Shown here: piece by piece, positions 26,901 to 31,056 of the stretch
Numbering within the stretch: the stretch's first letter is position 1
How the letters are laid out: each line of letters begins with the position of its first letter
Origin: Planctomycetota bacterium
GTDB taxonomy: Bacteria; Planctomycetota; Planctomycetia; Pirellulales; Lacipirellulaceae
DNA length: 31,056 nucleotides
Direction of reading: 5' to 3'
Assembly (NCBI GenBank): GCA_039190745.1
Contig: JBCCXZ010000049.1
Span: 1 to 31,056 of the forward strand
Made by a program: the position numbers and the translations under genes
The notes under the pieces: generated by a model
What the model saw: the letters and a program-made list of their open reading frames with translations, nothing else
What the model was told of the DNA's origin: nothing
Database searches by the model: none

Positions 26901-27483
26901 GCTAGAAAAGTACAATGGCTCAGCGGAGGCAGCCGAGAAGGCGGAGGAGCGTCTTTCGGTTCTTGCCAGGGTTGAAGACGACATCCGAGAGTACATCGTT
27001 GCCACCACCGCGGGCCGCCTGCTGCAACGCGCGGTTGAGCGTTACCAGGAGAAGTCTCAGGGGCCCGTGTTGACTGCCGCATCGGAGTACTTCCGGCTGC
27101 TGACCTGCGGCTCTCTTGAGGCTTTGCGGGCCGATTACGACGAGTCGGGGGGCGAGGTGCTAGTCGGCGTACGGTCGGACGGCGGCGTCCTGATGGTCGA
27201 TGGCATGAGCGAAGGAACACGCGACCAGCTTTACCTTGCTCTACGCCTCGGCACGCTCGACCACTGGTTCGAAGGCCACGAGCCGATCCCTTTTATCGTG
27301 GATGACGTCCTGCTGACTTTTGACGACGCTCGCTCGGAGGCGGCTTTACGTGTGCTCGCGAAAGTAGCTGACAGCCACCAAGTCCTGTTCTTCACACACC
27401 ACGAGCACTTGGTAGAGATCGCACAGTCGGTATGCGGTGACTCAAGCGATCAGGGCATCAACGTGCTTGCGGATTGGAGCTAG
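23968..27483 (+). CDS. YhaN-family (AAA_27) Rad50/SMC-like coiled-coil ATPase
   Basis: Walker A YGPNEAGKSS, long coiled coils, signature MSEGTRDQLYLALR, Walker B/D-loop FIVDDVLLTFDD, H-loop FFTHH. GTG start 3 bp after the nuclease stop. Confidence 0.93.
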   Translation: MRLEELRLIAYGTFSDCTLRLQPGLNVLYGPNEAGKSSALRAVHALLFGVEERTTDNFVHSYPQLRVGGVLVDSQGRRLECVRRKGRRSTLRDCDDDEPLDEGELRAMLGGVNEEFFASVFGIDHQRLREGGEEVIRGEGRVGELLFSAGGVAHLREKQEALQNAAAELFKPTGRNPRINVALSEARSLGAAVRELQQSPEQWARHDAEYRRLEAKEGQLRRQLVETESKKKRLERIRDAKEFVGAWKDKRAQLSELDAVVVLAEDADQRFREENEKRSLAAAAKAAAEKRLGELQSDLEKLDVPAELLSEATRVDELYRRLGSHEKAAEDKGVLAGQQRTARSAAKRTVEKLGWELSVEDAGQRRVADEKKARVRALASRHAAVTQARSQQQQALGRAEAKLVELKQSLSASEKPDDPASLRAAIASSAPPLELEAGLDARREEEERLKRDADDSLSRLLHFSGTLEEACRLAVPGEETVDEFDQSRRDLASEAETLTVQVAANRSEREDVAQKLQALELQESVPTEEELAVARATRDSGVRLAVNVLAGEDPDSNAVENFVQNVTEGEDLATALEPSVRHADEVSDRLRREASRVADKSQLVARLQALDAKADQLKTKQTGLEQRQNAWDGDWKSRWEASGITPMSPSEMRGWLRQLAELVGLSTGLATASEQLEGDASRVEAAVVDLRTALERQGVDVPGDATLARLLEAAETRLEEVTEERQQHADLESDVARVTDEVEQAKRDLEAAEGALREWSEDWANTVAPLSLDADALPEQAEAVLTNLDELFRNLDAAAGFRARIWGIDKTAAEFAEASTEMARKVAPDLAELGAEELVTTLKQRLDSAKQMRQQYDSLTEQLQDAREAVDESEQDLSSSTAVLEAMVTEAACDGVDSLRSAIEASRRRVTLVNDVDERERELTLLCAGKSLADFVVDVEQEDADRLPIQIEELGKEVGGLRGELEETIAARQREASELEKYNGSAEAAEKAEERLSVLARVEDDIREYIVATTAGRLLQRAVERYQEKSQGPVLTAASEYFRLLTCGSLEALRADYDESGGEVLVGVRSDGGVLMVDGMSEGTRDQLYLALRLGTLDHWFEGHEPIPFIVDDVLLTFDDARSEAALRVLAKVADSHQVLFFTHHEHLVEIAQSVCGDSSDQGINVLADWS

Positions 27484-27821
27484 CAAATCCCGCCGTTTAT
27501 CACCCTGCACGAGTAGGCCGATGCCGACGAGATCGTGACTGCTGCGGGGGCGGATCTGCAACATGGGGTACATCGGGTCGGAAGGCCTTGGATTATCGCT
27601 CGACAACATCGATTGTCTGGTAGGCGCGAATAACTCAGCAGAATCCACCGTACAGAGAGCGTGTGCGGCTCACCCGCGGGCTCCTCAGCCCGACCGATAC
27701 GCCTATTAGGCCCGCTCACGCAGGTCCGATATATATGCCGCCATGCTCAACCTCCTTTTCGCGGAGACCGAGTCCTACTCGCCACCGCCTCCGGCTGCAG
27801 CCACCCACTGCGTGGTCGCCG

Positions 27822-27960
27822 CGGCTTCCTTCCCGTCGCCCGTTTGGCCCTCGCACCGCCATGGGGGGCCAAGCGGGCGGAGGGAAGGAAGCCCGTGCAC
27901 AACCAGTGACAATCAGCTGTCACCCCCGCCTCGGCTTTCTTTAGCAGAGCCTGGAGGCCC
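27822..27960 (+). repeat. Structured non-coding repeat, copy 2
   Basis: Stem GGCTTCCTTCCCGTCGCCCGTTTGGCCC / GGGCCAAGCGGGCGGAGGGAAGGAAGCC, then block CCGCCTCGGCTTTCTTTAGCAGAGCCTGGAGGCCC. Same orientation as copy 1. Confidence 0.88.
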
Positions 27961-28149
27961 GCTTTGCCGCGCAGCTTCTGGGCGTGCCGCAGATGCGCCT
28001 CGCTGTACGTAGAGCGTCTTCGTCAGCGATGTTCCGGCAAGTGTACACTCGTGCGCATGGTCTAAGTTCACTATCATCGAAGGGATTGGAGCGCCAAATC
28101 GGAGGGCGCGTGCGTGAGGTTGACTGCCCTAACGACTCAAGGACGTGCT

Positions 28150-31056
28150 ATGGCCAAGCAAGAGATTGAGGCGCCCGACACACTAGTGCTTCCGCCGGCA
28201 GTACGCACCGTCGCGAAGTGTCACGTCGGCACGGCGCTCTGCGAGTTGCATTCGGGAGGCCCGGTCAAGGTCGCAAGCAGTAAGTCCATCTCGGTCTCGA
28301 AACGCCGAGAAGAGCTGCTGCTGACCTTGGACGACGGGCGCTCGGTGCTTTGGACCAAGCGCTCTAGGTGTCCTCTGCCAGAAGCGGCAGACGCGGTCCT
28401 CTCCGCAGAGCAAGGCAGCGGCCCTCGCTGGCTCGCACACAGGCTTCTTCCCGAAACGGACAGTGAACCCAATGGCGATCTACGGAACGCGATCGCGCTG
28501 GGGTGGAGTGGCCAGCTCCGATTCCAAGCTGAAGAGCTAAACTCGGACGGGTCGGTATTAGAAGCTGGACTCCGGCCGCCGCAGCTTGGGGCTCTCCACG
28601 CGATCGGCGCGCACTGGAGTCTTCACACCGAGCCGGCAACGGTTGTGATGCCGACCGGCACAGGGAAGACCGAGACAATGCTGGCGGCAACGATAGCCTA
28701 CGGCCGCGGGCCGGTGCTCGTGGTCGTCCCCTCGAAAGCTCTCAGGCGTCAGACCGCGAAGAAGTTCCGAACGCTAGGGTTGCTGCGTCAGCTGGGGGTT
28801 GTTCCCGACAGCATCGGCAATCCCGTCGTAGGTGAGCTCAAGCACCGTCCACGGTCGGAGGATGACCTAGCTATCTTCGACTGCTGCAACGTTGTCGTGT
28901 CGACAATGAGTTCGATCAGCCAAGGCACCGCGGCTGCGCTGGGCGACAAGATCGCCGAGCGAGTCGGCGTGCTCATCGTCGACGAGGCTCATCACGTCGC
29001 CGCTAGGACCTGGACGTCGTTCCGCGAGCACTTCGACTCGAAGCCGGTGCTCCAGTTCACGGCGACGCCGTTTCGAACCGACGGCAAGTTGGTTGATGGG
29101 AAAGTCATCTACAGCTACCCGCTACGCCGCGCGCAGGAAGACGGGTACTTCATGCCCATCACCTTCCATCCGGTCTTTGAGTTCGATCAGCGCGTCGCTG
29201 ACGAGGCGATTGCCGAAGAGGCAATCGGTGCTCTGAAAGAAGACCTGACGACCGGTTACGACCATGTCCTTCTCGCCCGCTGCCGGTCGATTGCTCGCGC
29301 CGAGGAGGTTCTGGCGGTCTACCAACGCTTGGCTGAGGAGTACGAGCCTGCCCTCGTCCACTCGGGGCTCACCCGTCCACAAGAGACGATCGAGAGCCTA
29401 CAGAAGGGCGAGTGCAGAATCGTTGTGTGCGTCGACATGCTGGGGGAAGGGTTTGATCTTCCCCAGCTAAAGATTGCGGCGGTCCATGACCCGCACAAGA
29501 GTCTGGCAGTGCTCATGCAATTCGCCGGAAGGTTCACTCGCACAGCCGGCGCCGATCTGGGAGAAGCGACAGTTGTCGGCAACATCATGAACGATGATGT
29601 CAGCGACGCCCTGGAACGCCTTTACAGCGAGGACGCCGATTGGAACGAGCTGCTCAGTGAGTTCAGCTCGCAGGCCGTGCGACAGCACGCAGAGCTGCTC
29701 GAGTTTCTGAGGCAGTCAACGCGGCTTGATGGGGACGCCGACAAGGGGGGCGACAGTATCTCACACACGCTCTTGCGGCCGAAGTTCAGCGCCGGGGTCT
29801 ATCGCTGCAAGAGCTTCGAGCCGAAGCGATTCCATAGCGCGCTTGGTCGTAGCACGGAAGTCCACGCCGTCTGGCTGCATGAGGACAGCCACACCCTGTA
29901 CTTCGTGACCAAGAGCGAGCCCACCGTGCGTTGGAGCCGGTCAAAACAGCTCAGAGACCGGCAGTGGGACCTGTTCGTCGTTCACTACGACCCCGGCCTT
30001 GGGTTGCTTTATGTCTACTCAAGCGACAAGTCGTCCATGCACCAGTCCTTAGCTCAGGCCATCGGGGGAGACGACGCGACTCTGATTTCCGGGGACAAGG
30101 TATTTCGGGTGCTCAGCGGTGTGAAGCGACTCGTGTTCCAACAGATCGGGGTCAAGAAGTTCGGGCGTCGGAACCTGAGGTACGCGAAGTACACCGGCGC
30201 CGACGTCAAGCAGGCGATGTCAGTTTCGCAAACCTCCGGGTCAGTGAAGTCGGATCTGACAGGCACCGGGTTCGAGCGGGGCGGCCCGGTCACCATCGGC
30301 TGTTCCTACAAGGGCCGAGTTTGGAGTCGAGAGCAGGGAACGGTGCAGGGATTCGTCTCTTGGTGCGGGAACATCGGCAACAAGCTCATTGACGACCGCA
30401 TCGACACGTCGAGCATCATCGACAACGTCATGATCCCGGACGAAGTGACCGCCATCCCCGAGGGGACTGTCTTGAGCCTGGAGTGGCCGGTGGAATTGCT
30501 CCGTCAGTCGGACGAGCGAGTCACGCTCGCCTCGCGAGGCATGGTGCAGCCACTCTCGCTCTTCGAGCTTGGGCATGTGGCGATCTCTGAGGATCGCCAG
30601 GAACTGCGTTTCACTGTGTCGAGCGAGCGCCGCGCGGCCGATTACGCACTTCGCCTCGAAGGCGAAGGCGGGTACGCCGTCACACTTGAGTCAGGAGACG
30701 ACCTGCAGGTCGCGGCAGGACGGATCAAGTCGTCGCTCGCGTCCTACTTCAGTGATTACCCGCCACTCGTGACGTTCTGTGATCTATCGGAGCTGGACGG
30801 CAACCTCTACGTCTCGCCGGAAAAGGCCCCAGATCTGGTGCTGCCGGCATCGCGGTTCGAGTCATGGGACTGGTCTGGGGTCGACATTCGGAAGGAGTCG
30901 ATCTGGAGCGGCGGTCAGCATCGGGCTTCGTCTATCCAGGGGCACGCAGCGGATCACTACACTTCAGGGGGCGGGTTCGATTTGGTGTTCGACGACGACT
31001 CGTCGGGCGAAGCGGCGGACCTAATCTGCATGAAGGAAGAGGAGACGCACATCCGC
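28150..31056 (+). CDS. SF2 DEAH helicase (ResIII-like) with probable C-terminal nuclease domain, truncated at window edge
   Basis: Not in the ORF track because it has no stop in the window. ATG at 28150 after AAGGA (MAKQEIEAP), in-frame stop upstream at 28063. Motifs GLRPPQLGA, MPTGTGKT, IVDEAHH, QFTATPFR, VDMLGEGFDLP, QFAGRFTR. In-frame acidic motif VFDDDSSGEAADLI at the window end. Confidence 0.9.
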   Translation, partial: MAKQEIEAPDTLVLPPAVRTVAKCHVGTALCELHSGGPVKVASSKSISVSKRREELLLTLDDGRSVLWTKRSRCPLPEAADAVLSAEQGSGPRWLAHRLLPETDSEPNGDLRNAIALGWSGQLRFQAEELNSDGSVLEAGLRPPQLGALHAIGAHWSLHTEPATVVMPTGTGKTETMLAATIAYGRGPVLVVVPSKALRRQTAKKFRTLGLLRQLGVVPDSIGNPVVGELKHRPRSEDDLAIFDCCNVVVSTMSSISQGTAAALGDKIAERVGVLIVDEAHHVAARTWTSFREHFDSKPVLQFTATPFRTDGKLVDGKVIYSYPLRRAQEDGYFMPITFHPVFEFDQRVADEAIAEEAIGALKEDLTTGYDHVLLARCRSIARAEEVLAVYQRLAEEYEPALVHSGLTRPQETIESLQKGECRIVVCVDMLGEGFDLPQLKIAAVHDPHKSLAVLMQFAGRFTRTAGADLGEATVVGNIMNDDVSDALERLYSEDADWNELLSEFSSQAVRQHAELLEFLRQSTRLDGDADKGGDSISHTLLRPKFSAGVYRCKSFEPKRFHSALGRSTEVHAVWLHEDSHTLYFVTKSEPTVRWSRSKQLRDRQWDLFVVHYDPGLGLLYVYSSDKSSMHQSLAQAIGGDDATLISGDKVFRVLSGVKRLVFQQIGVKKFGRRNLRYAKYTGADVKQAMSVSQTSGSVKSDLTGTGFERGGPVTIGCSYKGRVWSREQGTVQGFVSWCGNIGNKLIDDRIDTSSIIDNVMIPDEVTAIPEGTVLSLEWPVELLRQSDERVTLASRGMVQPLSLFELGHVAISEDRQELRFTVSSERRAADYALRLEGEGGYAVTLESGDDLQVAAGRIKSSLASYFSDYPPLVTFCDLSELDGNLYVSPEKAPDLVLPASRFESWDWSGVDIRKESIWSGGQHRASSIQGHAADHYTSGGGFDLVFDDDSSGEAADLICMKEEETHIR

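Larger units (their letters stand above)
7862..31056. mobile_element. Probable genomic island / integrative or plasmid-derived element carrying defence cargo; boundaries uncertain
   Basis: Recombinase with adjacent core site, DUF932 and putative ssDNA-binding genes, and clustered defence-type genes. No tRNA, att duplication or conjugation gene is visible in the window. Confidence 0.6.

Noticed and set aside
15864..27960. Repeats as a CRISPR array or canonical integron attC sites
   Set aside because: Only two copies 12 kb apart, no spacers or cas genes, no RYYYAAC/GTTRRRY ends, and the recombinase does not look like IntI.

Overview
GC-rich bacterial DNA whose gene families point to a planctomycete (CxxCH/DUF1592-type protein, LEPR-XLL/dockerin-like secreted protein, ECF sigma paired with a zinc-finger Ser/Thr kinase). 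Bases 1-7350 look like host genes: a DUF1587/1595/1592 cytochrome-c-type protein (cut by the window edge), a large secreted G8/beta-helix protein, and a divergent ECF sigma + membrane kinase pair. From about 7860 the window reads as a mobile defence island. It holds a tyrosine recombinase preceded by a dif-like 10-6-10 core site, a translationally coupled vWA-PP2C-kinase (TerY-P-like) triad, and a minus-strand module (WD40/PDZ protein, small protein, DUF932, small putative ssDNA-binding protein). These are followed by an Hhe-like DUF4011-helicase-Vsr-DUF3320 giant with a co-oriented YhaO/YhaN (Mre11/Rad50-like) pair, and an SF2 helicase with a probable C-terminal nuclease (cut by the edge). 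The most unusual signal is a non-coding structured element of about 130-175 nt present twice (15864-15994 and 27822-27960). It has a 28-bp stem, one compensatory base-pair change, and G-T/U wobbles that favour folding of the + strand. The two copies bracket the Hhe-YhaO-YhaN block and each sits upstream of a defence-type helicase gene. All family calls are from motif recognition by eye; no searches were run.
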